A DNA stretch of 64,000 nt, taken from assembly GCA_002104905.1 (NCBI GenBank), contig MCFE01000032.1:154244-218243 (forward strand), written 5' to 3'. Position 1 is the first letter of the stretch; every line of letters starts with the position of its first letter. Of the stretch, positions 12,169-25,477 are shown piece after piece. Source of the stretch: Basidiobolus meristosporus CBS 931.73. Lineage: Eukaryota > Fungi > Basidiobolomycota. The notes below the pieces were generated by a model that searched no databases, had not been told where the DNA came from, and saw nothing but the letters and a program-made list of their open reading frames with translations. The translations under genes and the position numbers were made by a program.

Positions 12169-12546
12169 TTGGATGGATTGGCGTATTCCAAACAGTAGGT
12201 GGAGCATAGCAAGTCCTGCTGCTTCCCTTGCCTCTAACCACTGGATGTATGTTTGACGAAAGACCTGGTGCTGAGTACCCACTGTCGTCACATTTGTCAG
12301 AAACCACCGGTCATCCCACTTCCTCAGTTCTCCCCGCAGTGCAGTCTTAATGGTATATACATGTTTGATTATTAGGGTATTAATAAAGCCAGTGTATGAT
12401 AGTTAGGTACTCATATGTCTCTTGGTGAGATAGTAGATCCAATGTTGATCCGATGGCATTCCAAGATTGTATTTGTTTTTCAGGTGAAGGCTGCTATTCA
12501 ATAATCCAGGAATGATGTAGTGAATACTGAAATTCAATGGTGATAT

Positions 12547-12895
12547 TGTTGCAATATTCTGAGGAGTATTGGAAGTGATGTGGAGAACTAGAAGATTTAC
12601 ATGTTACTCACTTGTAGATTTATTGATCAAAAGTATGGTATTTATACTTTTGATAAAGTAGAGCAAACAAACATGCGGACTTTGTTAAGGAAGGTCCCAA
12701 GAATATGTGTGCAAAGTTTGGGGGCCTTTGGACAACTTTGAGAAAGATCATAATCTGGGTACCTGATAATTTGGTAAAAATAATCTAAGTAAATCCCAAC
12801 AAGATATTTGGTCAGGACAGAATGCTAATCAAAGAATAAGATCTATGTGACTAAGTTGGCATGAAAATCTAGGTGACAACTTAATAATTACAACA
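12547..12895 (-). mobile_element. Solo LTR, copia family A-D (diverged)
   Basis: TGTTG...CAACA, 349 bp, alignable to the LTRs at 16510 and 27871; exact 5-bp TSD GATAT (12542-12546 / 12896-12900). Confidence 0.88.
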
Positions 12896-13094
12896 GATAT
12901 AAGGTGTAGGTCATGGGCCTGGGGCTATGAAAGTATATTAATTGCAGGGATAAGGCTTTGTGATATGTTATGAAATAATGATGAATTACCTTCAGCTCCA
13001 TACACATGCACTACAAATCCACTTAAACTGGGGCTTATGTGCTTATCCACTCTCTGCCTAAGTCTATTATCAAGTGGATTGTAGCTTAAGTAGT

Positions 13095-13804
13095 CCCTAT
13101 GAAAAATAATTTGGTCCCACAGGTTGATCCAATCCAGATCAGCCATCAGGATCCTGCAATGAGTCCATTATAATGCCAGCAGCTTGGAATTATTGCCACC
13201 CTACATGATCTTAATGTGCTCTACATTTATTTGAGCAGACCCAACCAGCTAATACATCCAATAGCATTATATGGCAAGAAACTTGATAGTGTTCTGACAG
13301 CTTCATTGCAAACCTCCACTGGCATTATTATGGCAGTACAGCAGCCTACAGCTAGCTCTGTATAATGCTACTGTACCAATTTACCAAATGGTATATTTTT
13401 CTACCTCCCCTTGCACCATTCATATTACCACTGTAGAATCTCCCCTCTTTATTTGCTTACCTACTACTACCTTGGGTATAACACATATAGTTCAAATAAT
13501 AAAATTATGGCCTGCTGCTTACTAACCTTTACACACATACACACCCACTGCAATTGACACACCTCTATCACCTCAACTTTATGGCTTTTCAGTGTGATGA
13601 CTGCAAAGCTGCCATATTCCCTGTGTTGCTGGTAACATATACATCTTGCAAACATATACTTGGTTGCCACCACTTTTGCCATGAACACCACCTGAATATT
13701 GACAAAGAGCATTTTGGTATTTGGCCAATATGTTCCTCCTCTCTGCTGGATTCTAGTCCCCATTATGGGTGCACTCTAGCTTCTATTGGTTCAAATTCCA
13801 TACT
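13095..13804 (-). mobile_element. CACTA/EnSpm-like element X: terminus plus decayed transposase C-terminus
   Basis: Begins CCCTATGAAAAATAATTT (same as 63367; near-identical to 22051); homologous to 63367-64000. Minus-strand frame ...VEVIEVCQLQWVC..VKV..QQAII resembles fungal CACTA transposase C-termini. Confidence 0.6.
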
Positions 13805-14228
13805 AGACTTGTTCCATTATGCCATGCCAGGGTGTGCAGTGTAATCTGCAGCCAAAAAGAACAATCAGGTGTGGTATTGTAGCTACCAGAAGGCAGGATT
13901 GCTCTTGGACAATTTTTGCACTATGTGGGACAATTCTGCACACTACAGCACAATCTGACACAATGAGGTTGGCATGGACAATTGCACCAACTTGTAATGT
14001 TTGCATCACATGTGCAATTGGATACCATCTTTGATGGTAGGTAAAATCCTAGTACTTGGATATGTTTCTTTAATGTAAATGAAAATAAACTTGTATCACA
14101 CTATAAACTACACTGATACTTACCACTTTTGGTTACCATCACTCCAGTTGGATGGTATGTCAATGGCTGACTGGTCTAAAAGTATCCTGAAAGCTCTGAG
14201 CCCCCAATTGGCTCATTGACCAATACAC
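13805..14228 (-). mobile_element. Element H (putative PHIS/Harbinger-like DNA transposon), terminal fragment
   Basis: Starts AGACTTGTTCCATT, the MITE terminus; homologous to 43376-43800, which starts at the same terminus in a different host sequence. Confidence 0.6.
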
Positions 14229-16320
14229 TGTAGTAAAAAGTTTGTAATTCCACCTGAATATTCACCTAACTTAGTCACTTAGATCATTACCTTCAAATCC
14301 TAGAGAATACTGACCAAATCCTTGTTAGGATTTACTTAGTATATTTTCACCAAAATATCAAGTACCCAGAACATGAAAATTCTCAAAGTTGTCCAAGCAG
14401 CCCCAAACTTTGCACACATGTTCTTGGGACCTTCCTAAATCTATTCTATATATTTGTAACAACAAGACCTTGTATAAAATATAAGCACTACTTTACAGTC
14501 AATAAATCATTAAGTGAGAACCATATAATCTGCTTGCCTTCCCAAATCACTTCCAATATCTCCAAGAATCTTAGAACAGGTAATGAGCCCCAAGCTGTCA
14601 CTCTCTGCAGTGTCTGCTACTGCTATTACTGGAATTCTTCCCTCTGCTGAAAAGTTGGATGGATCTAACTACTAAGTGTGGAATGTGAAGATGAAGCTGC
14701 TGCCACAAGAAAGAGGCCTTTGGGATATTGTCATGGGAGAAGAATGCCCTACTAAAAGCATGGGAGAGGAAGCCTTAAAGTACGCAGAAAGAAGGAACAA
14801 AGAGCCTTTAACTATAGGTGCCTTAATGTTAGAGAAATATTACTAATTCAATGCTCAAGAGCAAAAATGGCAAAGAATGCCTGGAAGGCATTAGAAGACA
14901 CCTACCAGTGATGTTCAGCTGCTAAGAAAATGTATCTTAGACAAAAATTATTTACTACAAAGATGCTGCCAGGAGAAGAAATGAAAATTGATTTAGCAGA
15001 ATTACCCTGCTGGTGGATGAGATGGAGTCTATGGGCATACCAACTACTGATGAGGGTGTGAGAGTAACCATCCTGAATAGCCTGATAGGCAAGTTTCAGG
15101 GCCTTGTATCAGCCCTAGAGTCCAGAACTGAAGATTTAACCTTAAATTACAAGTATGGCAAGGCTCCTGGATGAAAAATTAAGAAAATCAAGTGCCAATA
15201 AGAAGGAAGAAGAAAATGCTTTAATAAGCAATAGTAACAAACAAAGGAGGTACCCAAGACCTTACAAAGGCAACAGCAACCTGTTTTGCAAATACTGCAA
15301 AAGGAAAGGACATACATCAGACCAGTATCTCAAAAGGAGAGATAATCAGCAAAAGAAGCCTGAAAATGGAAATGCTGCAACAACTGAAGATAGACTATTC
15401 ATATCTGCACTAAATGTGACCACAACCAAGGATTCTCAGACATGGTACATTGACTCTGGAGCACCTCAGCACTTTACACACCAAAAAGAACTTTTTATCC
15501 AATACCAAGAAATTTCAATTAAGAAGGTTTTCATGGGTGACAATAGAACACTTGATGCAGTGGGAGAAGGAACTATCCAAGTAAGCCTTAGAAGCAGTGA
15601 AGGAAGCCATACACTGACCTTTAAAGAAGTACTCTATGTACCAGCAATAGCCAAGAACCTACTCTGTAAGCAAGGCCACTGCAGAAGTACTCAGTCTCAG
15701 CTTTTACAATTCTGAATGCAAGATCACTGATTCAAATGGTGCCCATATTGCTTTGGGTATCAGAGATTAGAATCTATACCAGTATACTTATATTCCATCA
15801 TATCTGGAAGCTAATATAAGTAAGTTAAATGAAGAAACAACAATGCTCTGGCACAGGAGATTTGGGCACATCAATTTTGATTATTTATGCAAAATGATCA
15901 AAGATCTGCTAGTTTCCAGAGTAAGAATTGATCCCCCAGCTAATTTGGAGCACTGTGAAGCCTGCATATATGGGAAATAAGCCAGACAACTGTTCAAGAG
16001 CTCTGGGTTAATCAAAACTAAGAAAAAATCAGATCTAATTCCCTCAGATCTGTGTGGACCTATGCAAAATTTATCCTTAGGCAGGATGAAATATTGAATC
16101 ACCTTTATTGATGATTTTAAAAGATACATGTGGGTCTACTTCATGGAGAGCAAGGAGGAGGCTCTGTCTAAGCTCAGGGTGTTTAATGCCATGGCGGAGG
16201 GAGAAGCTGGTGAAAAAATCAAGAAAATATGCTCTGACAATGTTGGAGTATATACCTCAAAACTATTCATCCACTTCTGCAAAATTCATGGGATAAAGCA
16301 TGACACTACCGTACCATACT
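14229..16320 (+). mobile_element. Ty1/copia element A, 3'-truncated and decayed (5' LTR 14229-14578, gag, protease, part of integrase)
   Basis: LTR followed by GGTAATGAGCCC PBS; gag zinc knuckle CKYCKRKGHTSDQ, protease WYIDSGA, integrase [10 protein letters not shown]. Stops and frameshifts. Confidence 0.9.
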
Positions 16321-16509
16321 CACTTGTCAGGATCAAGCCTGGCAATGAATGGAAAACTGCCTTCAGAACAAGATATGGTCACTTTGAGTATAAAGTTACG
16401 CCATTTGGCCTCACAAATGCCCCAGCTGTCTTTCAACACCGGATGAATAACATATCCTGGGAGTACCTTGACCAATTTTTGGTTATCTACCTTGATGATA
16501 CCCTAATCT
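16321..16509 (+). mobile_element. Ty3/gypsy reverse transcriptase fragment (host of copia B)
   Basis: [36 protein letters not shown]...YLDD. Confidence 0.88.
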
Positions 16510-19500
16510 TGTTGTAAGAGTCTTGGAGATATTGGAAGTGATTGTGAGGACAAGTAGATTATGTGGTTTTCACTTAATGATTTATTGAATGTAAAAGTAG
16601 TATTTATACTTTTACCTGGTCTTGGCATTACAAACATGTAGAATAGGCTAAGGAAGGTCCCAAGAACATGTGTGCAAAGTTTGGGGCTGTTTGGACAACT
16701 TTGAGAATTTTCATGTTCTGGGTACCTGGTGTTTTGGCAAAAATATTCTAAGTAAATCCCGACAAGGAATTTGGTCAGTATTCTCTAGGATTTGAAGATA
16801 ATGATCTAAGTGACTAAGTTAGGTGAATATTTAGGTGGAAATACAAATTTTTACAACACTCCCACTCAGCTAAATGCTCATACTGACTAGTCCTAATTTT
16901 GACCTAAGATATTCAAACTTGTCTCTAGCTAATGGTTTGGTAAATAGGTGTGCAATCATTTCATCTGTAGGACAGTAAGCTAAGCTAACTAAGTTATTCT
17001 CTATAGCTTCACATATGAAATGATATCTAATATCTATGTGCTTGGTTCTAGCATGAAAAGTTGGATTTCTACCTAATTGTATACATCCTTGATTATCTTG
17101 AAATAAAGTAATAGGCGTTTTTTGACATAGGCCTAAATCTGTAAACAGCTTTCTTAACCTCATTGCTTCTTTTGTAGCTTCACAGGCTGCCATATACTCT
17201 GCTTCTGTGGTAGAAAGTGCTACGGTTGGTTGCTTTCTTGAATTCCATGAAATTGCTCCTTGACAGTAAAGAAAGGTGTATCCTGTGGTGGATCTTCTGT
17301 CATCTAAATTTTGTTCCCAATCTGCATCAGAGTATCCCACAAGATCCTGTTCTGAATCCTTATAAGTGTATCTTAAGCAGATATCAGCAGTTCCTTTTAG
17401 GTATCTAAATATCCGCTTAACTGCTGCAACATGATCAGATCCATAGTTCTGATTATGTTGGCTGACAACTCTCACTGAATATGAGATATCTGGACGTGTT
17501 CCTAGCATGATATACATCAGACTGCTGACCATAGATTGATAAGGAAAGTCAGGGCTTCCAGATGGCACCAAGCTCTCTTGATTTGGTTGAGTTTTGGACC
17601 AAGTTAAGGTTTGTCTACATTGGGGTAACTGCCGGTTTACAGTCTTCCATTTGGTACTTCTTTAGTATATCTTGAATATACTTGGATTGACTTAGGGTGA
17701 TAGTCTGGGTACTTCTGTCTAAGGAGAACTTAATCCCTAAGTAGTAACTAAGTTCTCATAGATCGGACATCTTGAACTCCTTAGATAGGCTGGATTTAGT
17801 CTCTTCCAATGTTTCTAGGCTATTGGTGGCTATAGTAAGATCATCCACATATAGAGCTAATAGAACTGGATTTGCTCTATCTGGCTTATAGTATATACTA
17901 TAGTCAGCATTAGTCCTTTTAAAACTCAAAGATTCCAAATAAAAATCTATCTTGCAATTCCAGGCTCTTGGTGATTGTTTGAGACCATATAGTGACTTTT
18001 TAAGCTTGCAGACCAAATGGGAGTTATCTTGGTCAACAAACCCATCAGGCTGGTCCATATACACATCCTCATCAAGTTCTCCATTCAAAAATGCAGTATT
18101 TACATCCATTCAATGAATAAAGAACTTGTATTTGGCTGCAATAGCCAATATTAATCTGATGGAATTAAACTTGGCTACCGGTGCAAAGGTCTCAGTAGAG
18201 TCAAGTCCTTTTGTTTGAGAGTATCCTTTGGCTACAAGTCTTGCTTTGTATCTTTCAATTGTACCATCAGCCTTGTATTTTGTCTTGAAGACCCATCTGC
18301 ATCCAATTGATTTTTGGTTGATTGGTAATTTAACCAAATCTCAAGTCTGATTTTCCATTAGGGCCTGATATTCCTCAGTCATTGCAGATCTCCAAAACTT
18401 TGTCTGAGGGCTATTTAGGGCCTCTTTTACAGTCTGGGGTTCATCAATATGGACTAATTAGGCATAGGCTAAGTTTGTACCTTCATTGATATAGTAATTT
18501 GGGCTATTTCTTGTCCAATTGGATCTCCGGGCATTTGGTACTGGAATGATCACTTCTGGGATATTCCTGGGCACTGATTCTGGCTGAACTACGGTTTTAG
18601 AGTTCTCTGGAGTGAAAAAATTCTCATTGTTTTGCTCTGATTCAATCCTGACAATTGGTGGACTTGAGATCAAATTTTAGTCATCATCTGATGTCATTTT
18701 TTGTGAAAATTTTAAATTTTCATAAATAACACATCCCTGGACTTGATCAGCTTCTTTGCTTTGGTATTGTAGAGTCTGTATGCCTTACTCTCATTGCAGT
18801 AGCCCAAAAATATGCATTTTACACTTTTTGGCCCAAATTTTGACTGATTTCCGGCCAGTTTTTTGGCATATGCTGTACACCCAAATATGCTTAGATGTTC
18901 TGCACTTGGTCTGTATCCATACCATGCTTCAAATGGAGTAGAATCACAAAGTATTCTGTTATAACTCCTATTTTTAAGGTATGCAGCTGTGGCAACTGAT
19001 TCCACCCAAAAATCATAGGATAATTTTTGATCATGGATCATAGATCTTGCCATATCAATTATTGACCTGTGAGCACGTTCTGCTACTCCATTTTGCTGTG
19101 GGGAGTATGGTACAGTAGTCTCTTGCTTTATCCCATGAATTTTGCAGAAGTGGATGAAGAGTTTTGAGGTATATTCTCCACCATTGTCAGAGCATATTTT
19201 CCTGATTTTTTCACCAGTTTCTCTCTCCACCATGGCTTTAAACTCCTTGAGCTTAGACAGAGCTTCTTCCTTTCTCTCCATGTAGTAGACCCATGTGTAT
19301 CTTGTATACTCATCAATAAAAGTGATTAAATACTTCATCCCATCTAAGGATAAATTTGTATAGGTCCACACAGATCTGAGTGCATCAGATCTAATTTTTT
19401 CTTAGTTTTGATTAACCCAGAGCTCTTGAATGGTTGTCTGGCTTGTTTCCCATATATGCAGGCTTCACAGTGCTCCAAATTAGCTGGGGGATCAATTTTC

Positions 19501-21133
19501 ACTCCAGAAATTAGCTGATCTTTGATCATCTTGCGCAAATAATCATCATTGATGTGCCCAAATCTCCTGTGCCAAAGCATTGGTGCTTCTTCATTTAAGT
19601 TACTTATATTGGCTTCCAGATATGATGGAATATAAGTCAACTTGTATAGATTCTGATCTCTGATGCCCAAAGCAATATGGGCACCATTTCAATCAGTGAT
19701 CCTGCATCCAGAATTGTCAAAACTGAAACTGAGTCCTTCTGCCGTGGCCTTGCTTACAGAGAGTAGGTTCTTGGCTACTTCTGGTAGATGGAGTACTTCT
19801 TTAAAGGTCAGTGTATGGCTTCCTTCACTGCTTCTAAGGTTTACTTGGATCCTTCCTTCTCCCACTGCATGAAGTGTCCTATTGTCACCCATGAAAACCT
19901 TCTTAATTGGAATTTCTTGATATTGGGTAAAAAGTTCTTTTTGGTGTGTAAAGTGTTGAGAAGCTCCAGAGTCAATATGCCACATCTGAGAATCCTTGTT
20001 TGTGGTCATATTTAGTGCAGATATGAATAGTCTATTTTCAGTTGTTGCAGCATTTCCATATTCAGGCTTCTTTTGCTGATAATATCTCTTTTTGAGGCAC
20101 TAGTCTGATGTGTGTCCTTTCCTTTTGCAGTAGTTGCAAAATAGGTTGCTGTTGCCTTTGTAGGGTCTTGGGTACCTCCTTTGTTGGCTATCATTGCTTA
20201 TTAAAGCATTTTCTTCTTCCTTCTTATTGGCGCTTGATTTTCTTAATTCTTCATCCAGGAGCCTTCCATATACATAATTTAAGGTCAAATCTTCAGTTCT
20301 GGACTCTAGGGCTGATACAAGGACCTGAAACTCATCTGTCAGACTATTCAGGATGGTAACTATCACATCCTCATTAGTAGTTGGTACTCCCACAGGTTCC
20401 ATCTCATCTACCTGCAGGGTAATTCTGTTAATTTGATTTTTCATTTCTTCTCCTGGCAGCATCTTTGTAGTAAAGAATTTTCATCTCAGATACATCTTCT
20501 TGGCAGCTGAACATGACTGGTCAGTGTCTTCTAATGCTTTCCAGGCATTCTTTGCCGTTTTTGCTCTTGAGCATTGAATTAGCAATTTGTCCTTGACATT
20601 AAGACAAATGCAATTAAAGGCACTTTGTTCTTTCTTCTGGTACTTCGAGGCTTCCTCTCCCACGTTTTTAGGAGGGCATTCTTCTCCCATGACAGTATCC
20701 CAAAGGCCTCTTTCTTGTAGCAGCATCTTCATCTTCACCTTCCACACTTGGTAGTTAGATCCATCCAACTTTTCAGCAGAGGGAAAAATTCCAGTAATAG
20801 CAGTAGTAGACGTTGCAGAGAGTAACAGCTTGTGGCTCACAACCTGTTGTAAGAGTCTTGGAGATATTGGAAGTGATTGGGAGGACAAGTAGATTATGTG
20901 GTTTTCACTTAATGATTTATTGAATGTAAAAGTAGTATTTATACTTTTACCTGATCTTGGCATTACAAACACGTAGAATAGGTTAAGGAAGGTCCCAAGA
21001 ACATGTGTGCAAAGTTTAGGGCTGTTTGGACAACTTTGAGAATTTTCATGTTTTGGGTACCTGGTATTTTGGCAAAAATATTCTAAGTAAATCCCGACAA
21101 GGAATTTGGTCAGCATTCTATAGGATATAAAGG
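16510..21133 (-). mobile_element. Ty1/copia element B, near full length, decayed
   Basis: 3' LTR 16510-16858 with PPT TGAGTGGGAG; 5' LTR 20845-21133 lacks ~60 bp at its outer end. Order gag-PR (WHIDSGA)-INT (SDNGGEY, TVPYSPQQNGVAER)-RT (ALYVDD)-RH (GYSDADW); frameshifts present. Confidence 0.95.
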
Positions 21134-22050
21134 CCTCCAATCCTGTGACACATGTAATTGTGCAAAATCTGCTAGACACCAGCCATTTTGACTTCTTCAG
21201 CCCTTGCCAATTCCTGACCAGCAATGGAAGTCACTTTCAATGGACTTCATCATCAACCTCCCAGAATCCAGCCAATTCAATTCAGTCCTGGTAGTGGCAG
21301 ATAGACTCACAGAGATGGCTCACATCCTTCCCTGCTCCAAGAATATAGACATCAAGGAGACTGCCCACCTAGTAATCAAGAGCATTTTCTAGCTCCATGC
21401 AATCCCAAGTGACATTGTATCTGATAGAGGACCACAGTTCATACCAACATTCTGAAAACATTTCATGCAATATCTTGGTGTGCAAGTCAAGCTCTCAACC
21501 ACTTTTCATCCCCAGTTGGATGGTCAGACAGAGAGAATTAAGCAGATCCTTGAACAATACCTCTGGTGTTATATCACATATCAGCAAGACAACTAGACCC
21601 AGCTGCTACCACATGCAGAATTTGCCTACAACAACTCATGTCATAGTGCAACTGGTCTCACTCCATTCTATGCAAATTATGGTTTTCATCTGCAATTCAA
21701 TATTCAGATCCCAATAAACCCTATGAGCCTCCCTGCAGCTCAACATACATCAGCAATTCTAGAAATCCAAGAAACACTCAAGAGAGAACTATCCTTTGCC
21801 CATGAGGGGTACAAGAAGTTTGCAGACAACAAATGGCAGCCTAGCCCCATGCTTAATGAAAGTGATTCAGTATGGCTCTTGAGAAGAAACAATGTTACCA
21901 GCCACCCTTGTGATAAATTACAGTACAAGAAACTTGGGCCATTCAAGATCAAGAAGAAACTTAGTCCAATTATATACCCACCACAGTTGCCACCAAGTAT
22001 GAAGGTTCATGAAACATTCCATGTATCCCTCCTAGAACTATTCCATGAAG
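21134..22050 (+). mobile_element. Ty3/gypsy integrase fragment, chromovirus-like, decayed
   Basis: PIPDQQWKSLSMDFIINLP, VVADRLTEMAH, KLGPFKI...TFHVSLLE; cut by the element X terminus at 22051, before any chromodomain. Confidence 0.85.
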
Positions 22051-23665
22051 CCCTATGAAAAATTATTTTAATGTTCTATCAAAAGGCTGTCAAAAATTTA
22101 AAGTCCTCTGACTAAGAGGTACTAATCCTGTCAGGACACTGTCCATAGACTGTTGAAAAATAATTGCACCCCAGATTTTACAAAAAACTTGGCCAAACTT
22201 TTCATCACAACAATATATAAGTGGCTTTTGATTGGTACCCTGCCAATTTGCTCACTTTCTGATCCAGAACACTCTATCACCTCCTATGTTTGTGTTCATT
22301 CATTGGCTATTGCCTTTTTTTCACACTCCTTACTTCCTGACTCAACCATTTATCTTACTTTGCATGTGTACAAATTGATTTATTTCTGTTGAAGCTTTTA
22401 TTGTACCTGAATTACCAATTATATTGACCTACACAAGTCCCTATACCCTACACTAACATTAGGTGGAGCCCCACACTCAACAAGTAACTCCATTAAAATC
22501 ACCACCTAATAAGTATTTCTGCTGTAATACTCTGGTTTCACAACTTTGGCAAGAACCCAACAACTTTATGCCACTGTTCATTCATTGGTTCCCACATGTC
22601 CTGGTCTTAAGCTGGCACTGCAAGGTCTATCACCTCATCTGCCAGTCCTTGCAATAAATCCCTGCAATATACAAGTGCATTTTCTTGAGCACTGCTCTTG
22701 AAGAGGTTTTGCAACCTCTTGGTACGCCCATTAATGTTCCAACATTCCAATGAAGGCATTGTGATAGTCTTTAGAGTTCTTGATGTTGTAGCCTTGTCTG
22801 TCAGTAGGATCTCCACTCTGTCAACAATGGAAGACATAGAGGCTGTGGTAGATAAATTGCCTTTTTCTGCAAACTCATCTACCTTGCTGGAGTGTAGCTC
22901 CACTGGCTGTGCTTTCAACTCTTGTGAAAACTGCTGCTTTCTTGTAGGTAATTCCTCTTGGGTATGATGGGATTTAGTCTGTTCTGGGATTGCGGCATAA
23001 ATTGGCAAGAACTGCAGCTTTTTTGCATGCTTCCCTGTCTCAGGCTTGGGTAGACTTCCTTCCCTTTACCCATTCCTTTGTCACTGCCAGGTCTTTTGCT
23101 GCTACTTTGTCTGAGTGCTTCTTGTAATGAACTACATGTCCTCCTAGATAAATTCTGCTATGATGCATCTGTTTTAGCCTGCTTGTCCCTTGCTGGCACT
23201 CTTCAGGCAACCTGATGTTTCTTCCCCACTTGTTTTGAGCTCTCAACTGTAGCTGAGATGGGCTCCTGTAAAAGCCACTGGTTTTTACCACTGCCAGGTC
23301 CTACACTGCTACTCTGACTGAGTGCTTCTTGATTGGCACTACACTTTTTCCTTGATAAATGTAGTGCTGGTGCATCTGTGTCTACCTGTTTGTCACTAAT
23401 TGGGACTCATCCAGCTACCTGACATCTCTTTGATGCTTGTCTGGAGCTTTCAGCCCTGCTTGCAACAGGCTCTTGAGGAAGCCACTGGTTTTAAGCCATG
23501 GCACCCTTGTTCTTCTGCCTTTGATATTTCTGCTATTCTTAAGACACTTTCTTAGCATACCAATGAAGGTCCAAAAAACTGTTTGCCTGTTCAAATCCAG
23601 GATAATGCTCATAGAACAAGTCAAGTGCATTCTTCTTGGCTTCAAGTTCCTGATGGTCACATGGT
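22051..23665 (-). mobile_element. CACTA/EnSpm-like element X: left terminus and decayed second ORF
   Basis: Starts CCCTATGAAAAATTATTT; homologous to ~59000-60600; minus-strand ORF remnants 22607-23008, 23040-23291 and 23415-23714. Confidence 0.7.
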
Positions 23666-24275
23666 ATCCAACACTTCTCAGGTGTTTTGTATGTGGGGTG
23701 TTCATTGGGTGCAATAGCCTCTGGTAAAAGCTTGCTAGAATACTTGGGTTCTGTCTCTAATCTGATGTGATGGGAATAAAGCCACAAGCTTGTCAAGGGA
23801 AAGCTTTTGAGCTACAATCCCCAACTTAGTTGGCATCTCAACAAAAGTATGTGCTGGGTTCAGCATCCTTTGAGATGATAATGAACTAAAGCTTCCAAGG
23901 TCAAAACAACTCTAAACTCCACCAGCAGGGACTTGATAAGAATGCAGCTCTGGTCAATAATTACAAAGACAGAAAAGTATCTTTGCCTGTACAAGAACAA
24001 ACTTGCAAAAGAATCAAATATAACAAAAGATACCTACTCTGAGTATTCCTCACAAGTAGTGCCTCCAAGGTTGGTTGGCTGTCAGCAAGGTTTTCTGGGA
24101 GTGTCTGATGGCCAGGGGTTAGAGGTTCAGGTAGCAGCAGGTAGCAGTGATCACACTAACTAAAAAGTTGGTATATTGATAAAAGGGATGATGATTTATT
24201 GTTGAGGGAGTGCCTCCCTTATATACTTTTCTCACTGGCTAAGTGATTACTAATCATGGTGTTCCAGAAGGTTCC
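23666..24275 (-). mobile_element. Partial copy of the 1.07-kb LTR (family R4), inverted
   Basis: Reverse-complement homology to ~37900-38510 and ~62300-62890. Confidence 0.8.
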
Positions 24276-25445
24276 ATCTTACCACAGAGAGAATGTACAG
24301 ATGTCAGCATGCAATTGCAGCAAAGTTGGCAAGCTATAAGCCATTGGCTGCAATATAGAATCAATTGGAAACTGGAGGTACTTAAGATAGAGGGTATCTA
24401 TTGGAGAAAAAGCTTTCCACTGGGAGCAATGCATTGCTTTTAAACAATATTCTTACACTAATGACCAAGTTGTACATGGGGCATTTAAAGTTAAATGAGC
24501 CCTTCAAGATACTGGAGAAGCTTAAGAGAATTGGCAAGATATTACAGAGTATCAGTTACCCTAAGTACTTCTCACAGGTTCCAATTAATATCCATATCCA
24601 TATACAACAATACAAATACAAAGACTGGATGAGCTGGATTAATAATTATGCAAGTGGTGTTCTGAAGCCATTCCTACCAAAAATACATTGGAAGCATTGG
24701 GATTCATATCTGGACATTGTAGGGATATTTATCCTGAAGTGGATCACCAATGCCAACTTGACACATCTACAGCTGTTGTGTGATGAGTTTGTAATGGGAT
24801 TTAAGCAGCTATACTACAAACATAAAGCTGAACACATAGATGTCTGCCGCTTGTGTATCCATTCTCTACTCCATCTTGCTTGGTATATGGAGAATATTGG
24901 GCCTTTCTTCACCTTTTGGAAGTTTCCTATGGTGCAGATGTGTTGGGAGATAGGAAGACAAGTCAAGTTGCAGGTACTACCATATCCCAATCTCATCAAG
25001 AATATTACCTTCAAGTCTGTCATGGATGTGATTAGTAGGCACATGGAGGACAGCCAGGCCAAGTTGGAAAATATTGAGGACAGATGTGCACATGGAGACA
25101 CCCATTCCTATGGCAACAAGAAGCTAAGCAGCCCCAATGCATGGATAATTTGTTAAGTAATGCAAAGTTGGGTTAGGTGCTGCAAGCAACTAATTTTATT
25201 AGGAAAATTCTACCAAGATATGCCAGATTTCTCATGGTCACAAGCCAACGTCTACACCATTCAATATAGAATTCACACAAACAAGAGCCAGAGTGCCCCA
25301 ATGGAAAAAACAGTCAAGTTGCAGATGCTACCATATTTCAATCTCATCAATAATATTACCTTTGAGTCTGTTACGGATGTGTTGAATTGGTTCATGTAGG
25401 ACAGCTAGAAAGTGCTGGAAAATAGAGAGGACAGATGTGCATATG
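24276..25445 (+). pseudogene. CACTA/EnSpm-like transposase fragment (DUF4218-like region)
   Basis: ORF 24401-25156: F..LYY......CRLCIHSLLHLAWYMENIGP...W.FPM...C..I...VK....PY.NL. Segment 24955-25095 is repeated at 25308-25445. Confidence 0.75.
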
Positions 25446-25477
25446 GATTTACTGATGCCTTTGGCATTGAGAAGCTA

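Noticed and set aside
1-12500. tRNA, rRNA or other structured RNA genes in intergenic regions; ORFs 1702-2016 and 2242-2631
   Set aside because: No T-loop/D-loop or rRNA signatures seen by eye. The ORFs lack motifs, and one merely translates the 32-bp repeat.
16128-16517. Apparent chimeric protein: copia integrase fused to gypsy RT
   Set aside because: Best explained as a deletion junction at ~16320 between two decayed elements that happens to be in frame; both parts are partial.
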